From assembly GCA_902529785.1 (NCBI GenBank), contig CABZXV010000001.1, positions 22,215-86,214 on the forward strand: a stretch of 64,000 bases of DNA. Reading direction: 5' to 3'. This DNA is from an uncultured Pelagibacteraceae bacterium (GTDB lineage Bacteria; Pseudomonadota; Alphaproteobacteria; Pelagibacterales; Pelagibacteraceae). Of the stretch, positions 37,221 through 50,275 are shown piece after piece. The first letter of the stretch is position 1; every line of letters begins with the position of its first letter. Below the pieces are notes generated by a model, which saw nothing but the letters and a program-made list of their open reading frames with translations, had not been told where the DNA came from and did no database searches. The translations under genes were made by a program, and so were the position numbers.

Positions 37221-38141
37221 CTAATTCAAATTGGTGCCCATCTTAATTTGACTACCAAGCAAAAACTCCCCTGTTTTTTGGACTTTTTTTCCTTGTCTTT
37301 GAATTTCAAGAATTTTAATTGAATTTTCACCACAGCCAATTTCTAAATTATCAGACAAAACATAGCCTGCTTTACCAGTGTTAATTGATAATTCAGCTTT
37401 ATGGATTTTATATCTTTCTCCTTGAAACTCAAACCATCCACCTGGATTGGGATATAAACCATTTATTTTTCCTATAATCTTTTTATTGTTTTCTTGCCAA
37501 ATTATTTTTCCTTCTTCTTTTTTGATTTTTTTCGCGTATGAAGATTGACTATGATCTTGATCTTTGAATAAAGCTCTATTTTCTAAAATATTATCAATAT
37601 TTTCTAAAATCTTTTCAGAGGCTAAATTACTCAATCTTTTAGATAAATCCTCACTATTTTCATTATCTAATATATTTATTGGATATTGATTGCAAACAGG
37701 ACCTGTGTCTAAACCCTCATCCATCCTCATAATTGAAATCCCTGTTAAATTCTCATTATTCATAATGGCCCTTTGAATTGGAGCTGCACCTCGCAATTTT
37801 GGTAGAAGTGAATAATGGATGTTTATCCATCCAAATTTTGGTATTGCTAAAATTTCTTTTTTTAAAATTTGGCCATATGCAACAACTATACCTAAATCAA
37901 TATTTTTACTTTTGATAAATTTTCTTTCCTCAAGATTATCTAATTTTACTGGAGTTCTAACTGGAATATTTAATATTTCAGCCATGATATGAACAGGAGA
38001 TTTATTTAATTTATGTCCTCTATTTGATGCAACAGGTGGCTGAGTGTATACAATTTCAATATCAAAACCATTTTGATACAATGATTTCAATATTTGACCC
38101 GAAATACTGGGTGTACCCATAAAAGCAATTTTTTTGCTCAT
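37221..38141 (-). CDS. fmt: Methionyl-tRNA formyltransferase
   Basis: Motifs FMGTP, VVAYGQIL, INIHYSLLP, RGAAPIQRAI. Confidence 0.96.
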   Translation of the reverse strand: MSKKIAFMGTPSISGQILKSLYQNGFDIEIVYTQPPVASNRGHKLNKSPVHIMAEILNIPVRTPVKLDNLEERKFIKSKNIDLGIVVAYGQILKKEILAIPKFGWINIHYSLLPKLRGAAPIQRAIMNNENLTGISIMRMDEGLDTGPVCNQYPINILDNENSEDLSKRLSNLASEKILENIDNILENRALFKDQDHSQSSYAKKIKKEEGKIIWQENNKKIIGKINGLYPNPGGWFEFQGERYKIHKAELSINTGKAGYVLSDNLEIGCGENSIKILEIQRQGKKVQKTGEFLLGSQIKMGTNLN

Positions 38142-38662
38142 TAAACAATAATACGATCAGGATTATTTTTTTTCTTTGATAATTTTTTGACAATCATTGT
38201 TTTTTTTAATTTAGATAAATAATCTATGAAAAGTATTCCCTCAAGATGATCCATTTCATGTTGTATACAAGTTGCAAGAAGTCCATCAGCTTTTAAAATT
38301 TTACTTTCTCCGCTATAATCTAGATATTCTACCTCGCAATATTTAGGTCTATCAACTTCAGCAAAATAATTTGGTACGGACAAACATCCTTCTTCATATG
38401 TTGTTTTTTCTTTATCTTTATTTTTTATTATTGGATTTACGAAAAACATTGGTTTTTTATTCCCATCTTTTGAAATATCCATAACTATAATTCTCTTTGG
38501 AATTCCTATTTGAATAGCTGCCAAACCAATACCATTGGCTGCATACATTGTTTCTAACATATCATCCATTAGCTTTTTTTCCTCATTACCAACGTTTAGT
38601 ACTGGTTTTGAAACTTGTCTTAAAATCTCGTTTGGTTCGGTTATAATAGTCTTAATTGTCAT
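38141..38662 (-). CDS. def: Peptide deformylase
   Basis: Motifs GIGLAAIQ, EGCLS, QHEMDHLEG. Confidence 0.97.
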   Translation of the reverse strand: MTIKTIITEPNEILRQVSKPVLNVGNEEKKLMDDMLETMYAANGIGLAAIQIGIPKRIIVMDISKDGNKKPMFFVNPIIKNKDKEKTTYEEGCLSVPNYFAEVDRPKYCEVEYLDYSGESKILKADGLLATCIQHEMDHLEGILFIDYLSKLKKTMIVKKLSKKKNNPDRIIV

Positions 38663-38677
38663 GATGAATAAAGTATT

Positions 38678-40414
38678 TTAAACTTTTAATGGAAGAATTT
38701 CCAACAATAGTTCATTTCTCAGACTAATTAATTTTGTTCTATTCATAATTTCTACAATAAAATTCAATGATCTACTATTTAATTCATCTAATTCTTTTTC
38801 ACCAATAATTTCAACTAGTTTTAATAATATCATACCTGACTCATTATTATTTATCATTTTATCTAATTCAGGGTTTAAATCAGGATTATATTGAGAGAGT
38901 TCATCTATTTCACCTATTTGAATTCCATCTGATTTTAGAGATTGCAACAAAACTATATCTTTAAAGTCAAAAGAATAGTTTTTATCTTTTTTCATTTTTG
39001 ACAATAAATTGTCAGTCAATTTTTGGGTTTTGGGTAAGCTTTGCTTATTCAAAAAATAGTTTAACACTTTTGACTGATGAAAAACTTGATCATTAAACTT
39101 AATTTTATTTTTTTTGTTTGCATCAGTTATTAGGTTTTTTTGGTAAAAAGAAGAAAATTTTGAGGGAACCTCTTCTTTATTTATTTTTTTTAACAATTTA
39201 GATAACTCATCATCAAATGATTTACTGAAATTTGAATCTTCGAAAGAACTATTCAATTTTGATAACAATGAAAGTTTTTTTTCAATATTATCTGTAAGCA
39301 AATACCTCTGATATAGTAGAGCTCTTCTCTCATAATCAGGTAAATTTTTGTATGCTTTCTCATAATTAATTAGGTCATCTATCTCAAATTGAAATTTTTT
39401 ATACAAATTCAATAAATCCCTTTCTTCAAAAATACCTTCACTGGTAGCTTTTTCTAAAAACTTTACCTGGTCAATATCACTTAGATTAAAATTGTTTAAA
39501 TTTTTAAGTAAATTCGAATTAGATAAATATTTCCAAATAAATTCATCAGACTCTACTGACGGGTAATATATTAACTTTTTATCTGTTTTGTGAGATAAGT
39601 GGAAATAAAGAATATTTTCATCAGATAAAATATAATTTTTATCCTCATATCCCATTAGTACCTCAAACTTTTGAACAAAAAAATTATCTAAAGTATCTGT
39701 CTCGGAGTTAAGATCAAATAACAACTGAGCTTCATTTTTTTTATCCTGAATAATTAAACAGTATATTTTGTAATACGTTAAGTATTCATCTGTTATCATA
39801 CTTAAACTTTCAATAGCTGAGCATGATTTTTCTATTTTGTTTAATGACAAATAGTAATCAGCTACATGTTTTATAAGTCTTTCTTTATCTTTTATTGATG
39901 AATTTTTTTGTATGAACTGCTCAACTAAATTATAATCCTTTTTTTTAATTAGATGATCGAGTGTATAACTTTCGAATTCATCCAGAGAGAAATTTTGACT
40001 TGGAATATAAGAGTTTGTTAGTAATGCTACGTCCATTAATCTCTCAGAGAAACTAGATAAATTTTTTGACTGTATTCTTTCAAGCTGCTTTTTAATTTCA
40101 ATTCCATCTGTTTTTGACCACATATCAAGTTTTAAATCGTTGTCATCGGGATCAAATAATCCAGACAACAAAATATTAGAGCTATCTAAATTTTGCTCTA
40201 CTAAAATATTTTCATCGGAAAATTTTACTTTGATACCTTCAGGTTTATTTACAACACTTGTGCTATCTTCATTGTTGACTGTTTCATTTTCTGAGATCTC
40301 TTTTTTTTCTATTACGGACCAAATCTCTTTTATTTCCTGTGCCTTAGCGAATTGAGTTGGTAAAATAAAAAATATTAAAATTAAAATCTTACTTAATTGT
40401 TTTGAAATTTTCAT
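38678..40414 (-). CDS. Exported helical hypothetical protein
   Basis: Long ORF with a signal-like N-terminus (LILIFFILPTQFAKAQE); likely start ATG 40414; no catalytic motif recognised. Confidence 0.7.
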   Translation of the reverse strand: MKISKQLSKILILIFFILPTQFAKAQEIKEIWSVIEKKEISENETVNNEDSTSVVNKPEGIKVKFSDENILVEQNLDSSNILLSGLFDPDDNDLKLDMWSKTDGIEIKKQLERIQSKNLSSFSERLMDVALLTNSYIPSQNFSLDEFESYTLDHLIKKKDYNLVEQFIQKNSSIKDKERLIKHVADYYLSLNKIEKSCSAIESLSMITDEYLTYYKIYCLIIQDKKNEAQLLFDLNSETDTLDNFFVQKFEVLMGYEDKNYILSDENILYFHLSHKTDKKLIYYPSVESDEFIWKYLSNSNLLKNLNNFNLSDIDQVKFLEKATSEGIFEERDLLNLYKKFQFEIDDLINYEKAYKNLPDYERRALLYQRYLLTDNIEKKLSLLSKLNSSFEDSNFSKSFDDELSKLLKKINKEEVPSKFSSFYQKNLITDANKKNKIKFNDQVFHQSKVLNYFLNKQSLPKTQKLTDNLLSKMKKDKNYSFDFKDIVLLQSLKSDGIQIGEIDELSQYNPDLNPELDKMINNNESGMILLKLVEIIGEKELDELNSRSLNFIVEIMNRTKLISLRNELLLEILPLKV

Positions 40415-40571
40415 TTGGTAAGATTTTTTCAATTTGTTTTACTGGTGCAGGCAAATTAATCTGATTAATTAAAATAAAGCCAAATATAATTATAAAAATG
40501 GCTATTAAAATTTTAAAAACAAAACCTAAACTTAAGAATTTGCCTTTACTTGTATTTTTTGTAAATTGCAT
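40389..40571 (-). CDS. Small single-TM hypothetical protein (about 60 aa)
   Basis: Start ATG 40571 (MQFTKN); TM helix followed by PAPVKQIEKILP; divergent from aroK. Confidence 0.65.
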   Translation of the reverse strand: MQFTKNTSKGKFLSLGFVFKILIAIFIIIFGFILINQINLPAPVKQIEKILPNENFKTIK

Positions 40572-40626
40572 ATAATTTAATAATTTCAAAATAAGACATA
40601 TTTGTGTTTTTTCAATATAGAAACTC

Positions 40627-41139
40627 ATGAAATCAAAAAAAAACATTGTATTAATCGGGATGATGGGATCTGGAAAATCCTCTATTGGTAAAATTTTATC
40701 AAAAAAATTAAATACCAGTTTTATAGATATTGATCGAAAGATTGAGGAAGTTGAGTCATTAAGTATTTCAGATATTTTTAAAAAAAATGGAGAAAACTAT
40801 TTTAGAAAAATTGAAGAAAAAGTTTCCTTGAAATATCTTAAATCTGAAGAAAACGTAATTTCTTTAGGAGGCGGAGGATTTATTAATTCATCCATAAGAA
40901 AATTATGTCAAAAAACATGCTTATCTTTTTGGCTTAATTGGAAAAATGAAACTATTATAAAAAGAATATACAAAAGTAAAAAAAGACCAATAGTGATGAA
41001 TCTTACCAAAGATAAAATAAATAATTTAATCAAAGAAAGATCAAAAATTTACGAATTGTCGAACTATAAAATAAATTGTGATAAATTAGACAAAGATCAA
41101 ATTATAAATAAGATATTAGATATTTATGAAAATAAATAA
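40627..41139 (+). CDS. aroK: Shikimate kinase
   Basis: Motifs GMMGSGKS, GENYFR, SLGGG, RP. Confidence 0.95.
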   Translation: MKSKKNIVLIGMMGSGKSSIGKILSKKLNTSFIDIDRKIEEVESLSISDIFKKNGENYFRKIEEKVSLKYLKSEENVISLGGGGFINSSIRKLCQKTCLSFWLNWKNETIIKRIYKSKKRPIVMNLTKDKINNLIKERSKIYELSNYKINCDKLDKDQIINKILDIYENK

Positions 41140-42229
41140 AATAAATATAAGAACAAATACAAAAAATTACTCAATTCTTATTGGAAGAAACCTAATTAAC
41201 AAAATAAATCAAATTTTAAAAGATAGTAACATAACTTTCGAAAAGTGCTTAGTTGTTACAGATAAGAATATTCCGCATACATTTAAAAAAACGTTGTTTA
41301 AAAAACTCAAATCTAAAAAAATATTCAATATTGAATTAGTACCATCGGAAAAAAATAAAAATTATTTGACAATTGAAAAAATTCATAAAATTTTATTTGA
41401 AAGAAGATTTAACAGATCAGATTGTGTTATTTCTTTTGGTGGAGGGATAATTGGAGATATAGTTGGATTTGCATCAAGTACTTTTAAAAGAGGTTTAAAA
41501 TTTATAAATATTCCAACAACTTTACTCTCACAAGTAGATTCATCAATAGGTGGAAAAACAGGCATAAATAATAAATATGGAAAAAATTTAGTTGGTAGTT
41601 TTTATCAACCAGATCTAGTTGTATCTGATATTAATATTTTAAATTCTTTGCCTAAAAGAGAAATTATTTGTGGATATGCTGAAATATTAAAAAGTAGCAT
41701 TATAAATAGTTATGAAAATTTTTTGTATCTCGATAAAAACTTAAAAAAAATTTTAAAACTAAAATCACCTTTTATTGAAAGTTCTATTTTAAAAGCTTGT
41801 AACTTAAAAAAAATTGTAGTGGAAAAAGATGTAAATGAAAAAAATTTTAGAAAAGTATTAAATTTAGGTCATACATTTGCACATGCTTATGAGTCAACTT
41901 TAGGTTTTTCCAAAAAATTAAATCATGGAGAAGCTGTAATTTTAGGTATAAAAAGTGCAGCTGAATTTAGTTGTCAAAATAGAACTCTATCAAAAAAGAA
42001 ATTAAATATTATTATTAACCATATAAATAGAATTGGCATGAAAGCAGAAATAAATAATTTTTTTAAGAAAAAAGATACTAATAAGATTTTAAATTTTATG
42101 AAAAGTGATAAAAAAAACAATTCTGAGAGAATTAATTTAATACTAATAAAAAATTTTGGTAAAATTAAAATAGACTTTCAAATCAATCCTTTAATTTTAA
42201 AGAAATATATTTTTAAGAGTTTAAAGTAA
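41126..42229 (+). CDS. aroB: 3-dehydroquinate synthase
   Basis: Motifs GGGIIGD, PTTLLSQVDSSIGGKTG, LNLGHTFAHA, HGEAV. Confidence 0.96.
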   Translation: MKINKINIRTNTKNYSILIGRNLINKINQILKDSNITFEKCLVVTDKNIPHTFKKTLFKKLKSKKIFNIELVPSEKNKNYLTIEKIHKILFERRFNRSDCVISFGGGIIGDIVGFASSTFKRGLKFINIPTTLLSQVDSSIGGKTGINNKYGKNLVGSFYQPDLVVSDINILNSLPKREIICGYAEILKSSIINSYENFLYLDKNLKKILKLKSPFIESSILKACNLKKIVVEKDVNEKNFRKVLNLGHTFAHAYESTLGFSKKLNHGEAVILGIKSAAEFSCQNRTLSKKKLNIIINHINRIGMKAEINNFFKKKDTNKILNFMKSDKKNNSERINLILIKNFGKIKIDFQINPLILKKYIFKSLK

Positions 42230-42481
42230 TTTTATTTGTAAAGAATGAATATTATTTTTTAATTCGTTATCTAAAATTTTGTAGATAAATCTTGTTGAAT
42301 ATAATTTATTTTTTTCTTTTAATTCAGCTGATTCAATTGATAGTAAAATATGAAATTTTCCTGTTTCATTCGATTGATGGTTTTTATGCAGAAATGACTT
42401 ATCCTCTATCTTAACTTTTGAAATACAATCCTGCGACAAAATTTTTTTTTCGATAATTTTGATAAGTTCGTTAATTTTCAT
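42221..42481 (-). CDS. bolA: BolA family protein
   Basis: Motifs IEDKSFLH..H, HI, IY..L, IHSLQI; divergent from the J-domain/cobST genes. Confidence 0.82.
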   Translation of the reverse strand: MKINELIKIIEKKILSQDCISKVKIEDKSFLHKNHQSNETGKFHILLSIESAELKEKNKLYSTRFIYKILDNELKNNIHSLQIKLL

Positions 42482-42501
42482 AGTATAAACTATTATATAC
42501 T

Positions 42502-43035
42502 ATGAAAAATATTTGTGATTGGAATAATTGTAGTGACGAGGGCTTGTATAAAGCACCTAAAGAAAGAGATAACAGTAAAGATTACAGATTATTATGTTTA
42601 AATCATATTAAAGAATTTAATAAAAACTGGAACTATTTTAGAGGCATGAGTGATCAACAAATAGTTGAATTTTTACGTTCAGACATGACCTGGCATAAAC
42701 CTACTCAAAGCTTTAGTTCCTCTGACAATTTTTTTAAAGTTTTGTGGAGTAATGCATTAAAAGATGAAATGGATAAATTTAAATTCAACAACGATTTTAA
42801 TAACATGAATAAGTTTAAATTTAACAACAATGATATAAAAGCCTTTAATATATTAGGAATTAGTGTTGGATTAAAATGGGAAAAAGTACAAGAAAAATTT
42901 AAAAAACTTGTCAAAAAATTTCACCCTGATATGAATGCTGGGAATAAAAAATTTGAAGACAAGCTAAAAGTAATTACTTTAGCTTATACTCAATTAAAAA
43001 ATACATATAAGGAAAAAATTGACACCAAATATTAA
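42502..43035 (+). CDS. DnaJ-domain protein with N-terminal Cys motif
   Basis: N-terminal CDW..C...G.YKAP..C..H; C-terminal J domain with HPD. Confidence 0.88.
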   Translation: MKNICDWNNCSDEGLYKAPKERDNSKDYRLLCLNHIKEFNKNWNYFRGMSDQQIVEFLRSDMTWHKPTQSFSSSDNFFKVLWSNALKDEMDKFKFNNDFNNMNKFKFNNNDIKAFNILGISVGLKWEKVQEKFKKLVKKFHPDMNAGNKKFEDKLKVITLAYTQLKNTYKEKIDTKY

Positions 43036-43993
43036 TCATACTCCAGATATTAAATTATCTATTAAACAAACTTTTGGTATTGAAAGTGACATGGAAGTAA
43101 ATGCATTTTCTAAATCAAGTGAGTATGTTCCAGAGATAGATAAAACATATAAGTTTGATAAGGATACAACATTAGCTATTTTGTCAGGTTTCTCTTTTAA
43201 TAAAAGAGTTCTGATACAAGGATATCATGGTACAGGTAAATCAACTCACATTGAACAAATAGCTGCTAGATTAAACTGGCCCTGTATAAGAATTAATCTT
43301 GATAGTCATGTAAGTAGAATTGATTTAATAGGAAAAGACTCCATAGTGATAAAAGATGGCAAACAGGTTACTGAATTTAAGGAGGGCATTCTTCCCTGGT
43401 CAATTCAAAACCCCGTGGCATTAGTTTTTGATGAATATGATGCTGGAAGACCAGATGTAATGTTTGTTATTCAAAGAGTGCTTGAGTCAGAGGGAAGTTT
43501 TACGTTATTAGATAAAAATAAAGTCATTAAACAAAATAAGTTTTTTAGACTTTTCGCAACAACTAATACTGTAGGTCTTGGAGATACAACAGGTTTATAT
43601 CATGGAACTCAGCAGATAAATCAAGGTCAGATGGATAGATGGAATATTGTATCCACATTAAACTATCTTAGCTTAGAAAAGGAGATGGAAATAATATTAG
43701 GCAAAAATAAAAATTTAAATAACTCTAAAGGAAAAGAACAAGTTTCAAATATGATAAAAGTAGCTTCACTTACTAGAAAAGGATTTATGGCTGGTGATAT
43801 ATCAACAGTAATGAGTCCAAGAACAGTCTTGCATTGGGCAGAAAATTCAGAAATTTTCAAAGATATAGGATATGCATTTAGAGTTACATTTTTAAACAAA
43901 TGCGACGATGCAGAAAAAAATACTATTGCTGAATATTATCAAAGATGTTTTGGTGAAGAACTGCCAGAATCAATGATTAATATTCAAGTTTAA
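43019..43993 (+). CDS. cobS: CobS-like AAA+ ATPase
   Basis: Motifs [40 protein letters not shown]. Confidence 0.93.
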   Translation: MTPNINHTPDIKLSIKQTFGIESDMEVNAFSKSSEYVPEIDKTYKFDKDTTLAILSGFSFNKRVLIQGYHGTGKSTHIEQIAARLNWPCIRINLDSHVSRIDLIGKDSIVIKDGKQVTEFKEGILPWSIQNPVALVFDEYDAGRPDVMFVIQRVLESEGSFTLLDKNKVIKQNKFFRLFATTNTVGLGDTTGLYHGTQQINQGQMDRWNIVSTLNYLSLEKEMEIILGKNKNLNNSKGKEQVSNMIKVASLTRKGFMAGDISTVMSPRTVLHWAENSEIFKDIGYAFRVTFLNKCDDAEKNTIAEYYQRCFGEELPESMINIQV

Positions 43994-45786
43994 TGAACAA
44001 AGAAGATAGTATAAAAGAAAAATTCAAACAAGCTTTACAATCAACTTACAGGGTTATCTCGAATGATTATAATGAAGATAAAAATAAGAAAAAAGAGGAA
44101 AAAATTTATAGTGTTGGTGAAATAGATAATATTACTGATATAAATCAGTTTAAAAAACTAAGAGCAATAACAGATTCTGACGCATTAAAAAAAAGGTTTT
44201 CAGATAAGAAATTACTAGCCAAAAATACTCCAAAAAATCCATCTTGCAGAACCCTTTACGAGCTTTCAGAAAAAGTAAGATATGAGTTGCTAGGTTCAGA
44301 AATGCTAAAAGGAATTTCAAAAAATTTTAAAGATAATTACAAATATAGACTTAAGTCTCTTGAACAAAAAAAAATAACAAAAAAAGAAGACACTAATATA
44401 ATTGATGCTTTTGAAATTTATATGACAAATAAGTTTTTTAATGTAGAATTAAGTCCTGGTAATAAAGAAATTCTCCAATTCTGGGAAAATGATTTTAATA
44501 AGTCAATAGAAAATCATTTGAATTTTTTAAAGGAAAATTTAGAAAATCAAGAGGTTTACAATAATAAATTTTCAGAAATTTTAGAAAGTATGGATATATT
44601 TGAAAATGATGAGACTGCTGAAAAAGAAAATGATGAAAAAGATGATACCCAAGATCAAAATAATCCAAATAACAATGAGGATGAAAACAATGAACAGTCT
44701 AGCAAGTCAAGTGAGGATGAGAATATCACACAAGGTATGGATAGTGAAGATGATGTTAATGAATTTAGACTTGATGATCAACTTGCCAATGAGAATAATG
44801 ACGATATGGACTCAGAAAATGTAATACAAAAAAAGAATTTAGGAATAAGTGATAAAGAATATAAAATATTTACTAAAGAGTTTGATGAAATCGCAAAAGC
44901 AGAAAGCCTAGAGACTGCTGAGGAAATTGAAAAACTCAGAAAAAATTTAGATCAGCAACTTACTAGTTTTCAAGATTTAATTACTAAATTAGCTAACAAA
45001 TTACAAAGACAATTAATGGCAAAACAAAATAGATCATGGGAATTCGATCTTGAAGAAGGATTATTAGATAGTTCAAAGTTACCAAGAATTATTATTGACC
45101 CATACAACTCCTTATCTTTTAAAAAAGAAAAAGATTTGGACTTTAAGGATACAATAGTGACATTATTAATTGATAATTCTGGATCAATGCGAGGGAGACC
45201 AATAACTATAGCAGCTATTTGTGCTGATATTTTATCTAGAACCTTAGAAAGATGTTCGGTTAAAGTAGAGATACTTGGATTTACCACAAAAAATTGGAAA
45301 GGTGGAAAAAGTCGACAAGAATGGAATAAATTAGGAAAAACAAAAAATCCTGGGAGACTAAATGATCTTAGACACATCATTTACAAAAGTGCTGACTCGC
45401 ATTGGAGACAATCAAAAAAAAATTTAGGATTAATGTTAAAAGAAGGCTTGTTAAAAGAAAATATAGATGGAGAAGCAATCTCTTGGGCATTTAATAGACT
45501 TAAAAAAAGAAAAGAAGAGAGAAAAATCCTCATGGTTATTTCAGATGGCGCTCCTGTTGATGATTCAACCTTATCAGTTAATTCAGGAGATTTTTTAGAA
45601 AGAAATTTAAAAAAAATCGTAAAATTTATAGAAACTAAAAGTGATATCGAAATATTAGCTATAGGAATTGGCCACGATGTTTCTAGATATTATAAAAAAG
45701 CAATTAAAATTTCAGATGTACAAGAATTAGGTGATGTGATGATAGATCAATTAAGTGGACTATTTGAAAATAAAAAACTTCACTAA
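43993..45786 (+). CDS. cobT: CobT-like vWA-domain protein
   Basis: Acidic linker; [13 protein letters not shown]; LKENIDGEA; ISDGAPVD. Confidence 0.93.
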   Translation: MNKEDSIKEKFKQALQSTYRVISNDYNEDKNKKKEEKIYSVGEIDNITDINQFKKLRAITDSDALKKRFSDKKLLAKNTPKNPSCRTLYELSEKVRYELLGSEMLKGISKNFKDNYKYRLKSLEQKKITKKEDTNIIDAFEIYMTNKFFNVELSPGNKEILQFWENDFNKSIENHLNFLKENLENQEVYNNKFSEILESMDIFENDETAEKENDEKDDTQDQNNPNNNEDENNEQSSKSSEDENITQGMDSEDDVNEFRLDDQLANENNDDMDSENVIQKKNLGISDKEYKIFTKEFDEIAKAESLETAEEIEKLRKNLDQQLTSFQDLITKLANKLQRQLMAKQNRSWEFDLEEGLLDSSKLPRIIIDPYNSLSFKKEKDLDFKDTIVTLLIDNSGSMRGRPITIAAICADILSRTLERCSVKVEILGFTTKNWKGGKSRQEWNKLGKTKNPGRLNDLRHIIYKSADSHWRQSKKNLGLMLKEGLLKENIDGEAISWAFNRLKKRKEERKILMVISDGAPVDDSTLSVNSGDFLERNLKKIVKFIETKSDIEILAIGIGHDVSRYYKKAIKISDVQELGDVMIDQLSGLFENKKLH

Positions 45787-47060
45787 AGATTATTTAAATC
45801 TTTATTAGACCACTCTATTTTAATTTCAGCACCTCCTCTAGTCTCTGAATTTCTAATTAAAAGTTTAGCTTTATTTTTTTCTAAAAGAGTCTTTCCTATA
45901 AATATTCCTAAACCTAAACCTGTTCTAGATTTATTTTTTGATTGTAAGGATTTAATATAAGGTTCACCAATTTTAGTTAGTATATCTCTTGGAAATCCCA
46001 AACCATCATCCTCGATGGATATTGATGAATTTTCACTATCACTTGTTATGGAAATATAAATATTTTTTTTTGAAAACTTATTTGCATTTCCAATAAAATT
46101 TCTCAATCCGTAAACTATTTCAATTGATTTTGTTATTTCAAAAGAATTGTAATTTTGTTCAATATTAATAATAAAGTTTTTATCAGATATCTCCTTAAAG
46201 GAATTTACAATTTCCTTTATATATTCATGCAAGTTAATGTTTTTATCAATAAAATCATCTTCAACTATTGGATTTAACGAGAGTTTTTTTAAAATTTCAT
46301 TACACCTATTAACTTGACTAACAAGTAACTCAATATCCTTTTTTACATCTTTATTGCTTTTAAAATTATTATATAACTCTTGAGAAACAATTTTTATTGT
46401 AGATAACGGTGTACCTAATGAATGTGCGGCAGCTGCAGCTTGTCCACCTAAGGACACTAGTTCGTGTTCTTTAGAAATCACTTCTTGGATTTTGTCTAAT
46501 GCATCTTTTCTAACTTTTGACTCATTTCCAAATAGTAAAGCAAAAAAACTTAAAAAAATCATTGCAATTATTAAGGCTATTGGAACTGAATAATAATAAT
46601 GTTTATTAAAAACATATTCATTAATTGGGTATGGTAATTCTTGATGATAAAAAGTTAGAAAAATAATTGATGAAATTGTAAGAAAAATTAATAGAATATT
46701 TGTTTTAATACTCAAACTATTTGACGCAAATATACAGGGTATTATTAAAAATATTGAAAAAGGGTTAATCGTACCACCTGTTAAATAAAGTAAAAAACTT
46801 AATTGAAGAATATCAAGAGTCAAAAAAATTAATGATATATTTTCTTGTAACTGATTTTTTTTGAAAAAGTAAAATAGAAAAATATTACTTAAAGCACCAA
46901 TTAAAACTACAACATTTGCAATAATAAAATTGAATTCAAATTTGAAAATGAAAGCAACAACATTAATTGTTATAAATTGTCCAATTATTCCAATCCATCT
47001 CAAATTAATGTAAGATATTCTATTTAAGTGAGATGATTTGGAACTGCTACTTATCTCCAT
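45783..47060 (-). CDS. regB: ActS/PrrB/RegB-family redox sensor histidine kinase
   Basis: LRW in TM1; quinone loop GGTINPF; H-box [12 protein letters not shown]; redox Cys QVNRCNEIL; DDGLGF and GLGLG boxes. Confidence 0.9.
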   Translation of the reverse strand: MEISSSSKSSHLNRISYINLRWIGIIGQFITINVVAFIFKFEFNFIIANVVVLIGALSNIFLFYFFKKNQLQENISLIFLTLDILQLSFLLYLTGGTINPFSIFLIIPCIFASNSLSIKTNILLIFLTISSIIFLTFYHQELPYPINEYVFNKHYYYSVPIALIIAMIFLSFFALLFGNESKVRKDALDKIQEVISKEHELVSLGGQAAAAAHSLGTPLSTIKIVSQELYNNFKSNKDVKKDIELLVSQVNRCNEILKKLSLNPIVEDDFIDKNINLHEYIKEIVNSFKEISDKNFIINIEQNYNSFEITKSIEIVYGLRNFIGNANKFSKKNIYISITSDSENSSISIEDDGLGFPRDILTKIGEPYIKSLQSKNKSRTGLGLGIFIGKTLLEKNKAKLLIRNSETRGGAEIKIEWSNKDLNNL

Positions 47061-47062
47061 TA

Positions 47063-49123
<2,061 letters not shown>

Positions 49124-49290
49124 TTATTTTTGGAATTTAATTCTTATAGCATTTTTAAAATTTTAAATAAAATCTTGTATTAGCAAAAGCCTAAATAAGT
49201 ATTCATTTCCAACATAAATTAAGCACTTTTTTTAAAAATTTTCTATTTTATTTTTTTTTTTAAATTTAACTGTTTTTAAATTATATTTTT

Positions 49291-49380
49291 TGGCGGAGAG
49301 AATGGGATTCGAACCCATGAAAGAGTTTCCCCTTTACACGCTTTCCAAGCGTGCGCCTTCAACCACTCGGCCACCTCTCC
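49291..49380 (-). tRNA. tRNA-Ser(GGA)
   Basis: GGAGAGGTGGCCGAGTGGTTGAAGGCGCACGCTTGGAAAGCGTG... with a long variable arm, GGTTCGAATCC, and GCCA end. Confidence 0.97.
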
Positions 49381-49441
49381 TTTTTTAAAGTAAATGAAAA
49401 TTCACAAATATTATTTGTATAATTTCTAATCATATCTTTTT

Positions 49442-50263
49442 TTAATACGGTCTATAAGAAGAAGGTTTTAATAAATATGAATTTATTAATCCCTTAATTC
49501 TCATTTCATAGATAATTTTTTTAACTTTATTTTTTTTGATTTTATAAAAAATAAACTTTAAACATGAAGAAATAAAATTAGGTAACGTTTTAATTAAAGC
49601 ATTGCAATAACCATAATGTTTTTTGTTAAAGTAAAATTTAGACCACATCCAATGCCAATTTCTAGACTTGATAATTTCGATATCTTGAGAGTCATAATGA
49701 GAATTACCTCCTAAATGTTTAATCTTTACATTTATAAGAATAATTTTTTCATTCAATGATCTCATTCTTTTACAAAGATCTATTTCTTCTAAATATAAAA
49801 AAATTTTTTCATCAAAAAAATTATCTTTAAATTTCTTTTTGTTTAGTATCATCGCAAAACCTTTAACAGTTTCAGTTTCCATAATTTTTTTATTTAAATT
49901 AGTATTATCTATTTCATTATCTTCTAATGGTGCGGCAATCGCAAATTCTATGTTTTCTAGATAACTTAATATTTGTTCTAAATTTTTTGAACTCAAATAT
50001 GTATCAGGATTTAATATAAAAACATAATTTGTGTCACTTATTTTAATTCCAATATTATTTGCTCTTCCATACCCAAGATTTTCATCCATTACCATTACTT
50101 TTAAGTTTTTAAATTCTCTTAAGAGCTCTTCTTTTAATTTAACATTCCCAGAATTTTCAATAATTATTTTCTTAGATACTTCCGGTAAATCTGATAAGCA
50201 CTTTCTTATTATCTTTTCACTTTTGTAAGTTACTATTAAAAAAGTTATATCTTCTAACTTCAT
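49442..50263 (-). CDS. Glycosyltransferase family 2
   Basis: Motifs IVTYKS, NLGYGRANNIG, LNPD, FDEKIFLYLEEIDLC. Confidence 0.88.
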   Translation of the reverse strand: MKLEDITFLIVTYKSEKIIRKCLSDLPEVSKKIIIENSGNVKLKEELLREFKNLKVMVMDENLGYGRANNIGIKISDTNYVFILNPDTYLSSKNLEQILSYLENIEFAIAAPLEDNEIDNTNLNKKIMETETVKGFAMILNKKKFKDNFFDEKIFLYLEEIDLCKRMRSLNEKIILINVKIKHLGGNSHYDSQDIEIIKSRNWHWMWSKFYFNKKHYGYCNALIKTLPNFISSCLKFIFYKIKKNKVKKIIYEMRIKGLINSYLLKPSSYRPY

Positions 50264-50275
50264 AGATTTAAAAAA

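Noticed and set aside
44590-44830. Low-complexity GAT/GAA/AAT-rich stretch and overlapping 74-aa ORF
   Set aside because: It encodes the normal acidic linker of CobT. The alternate frame is an artefact.
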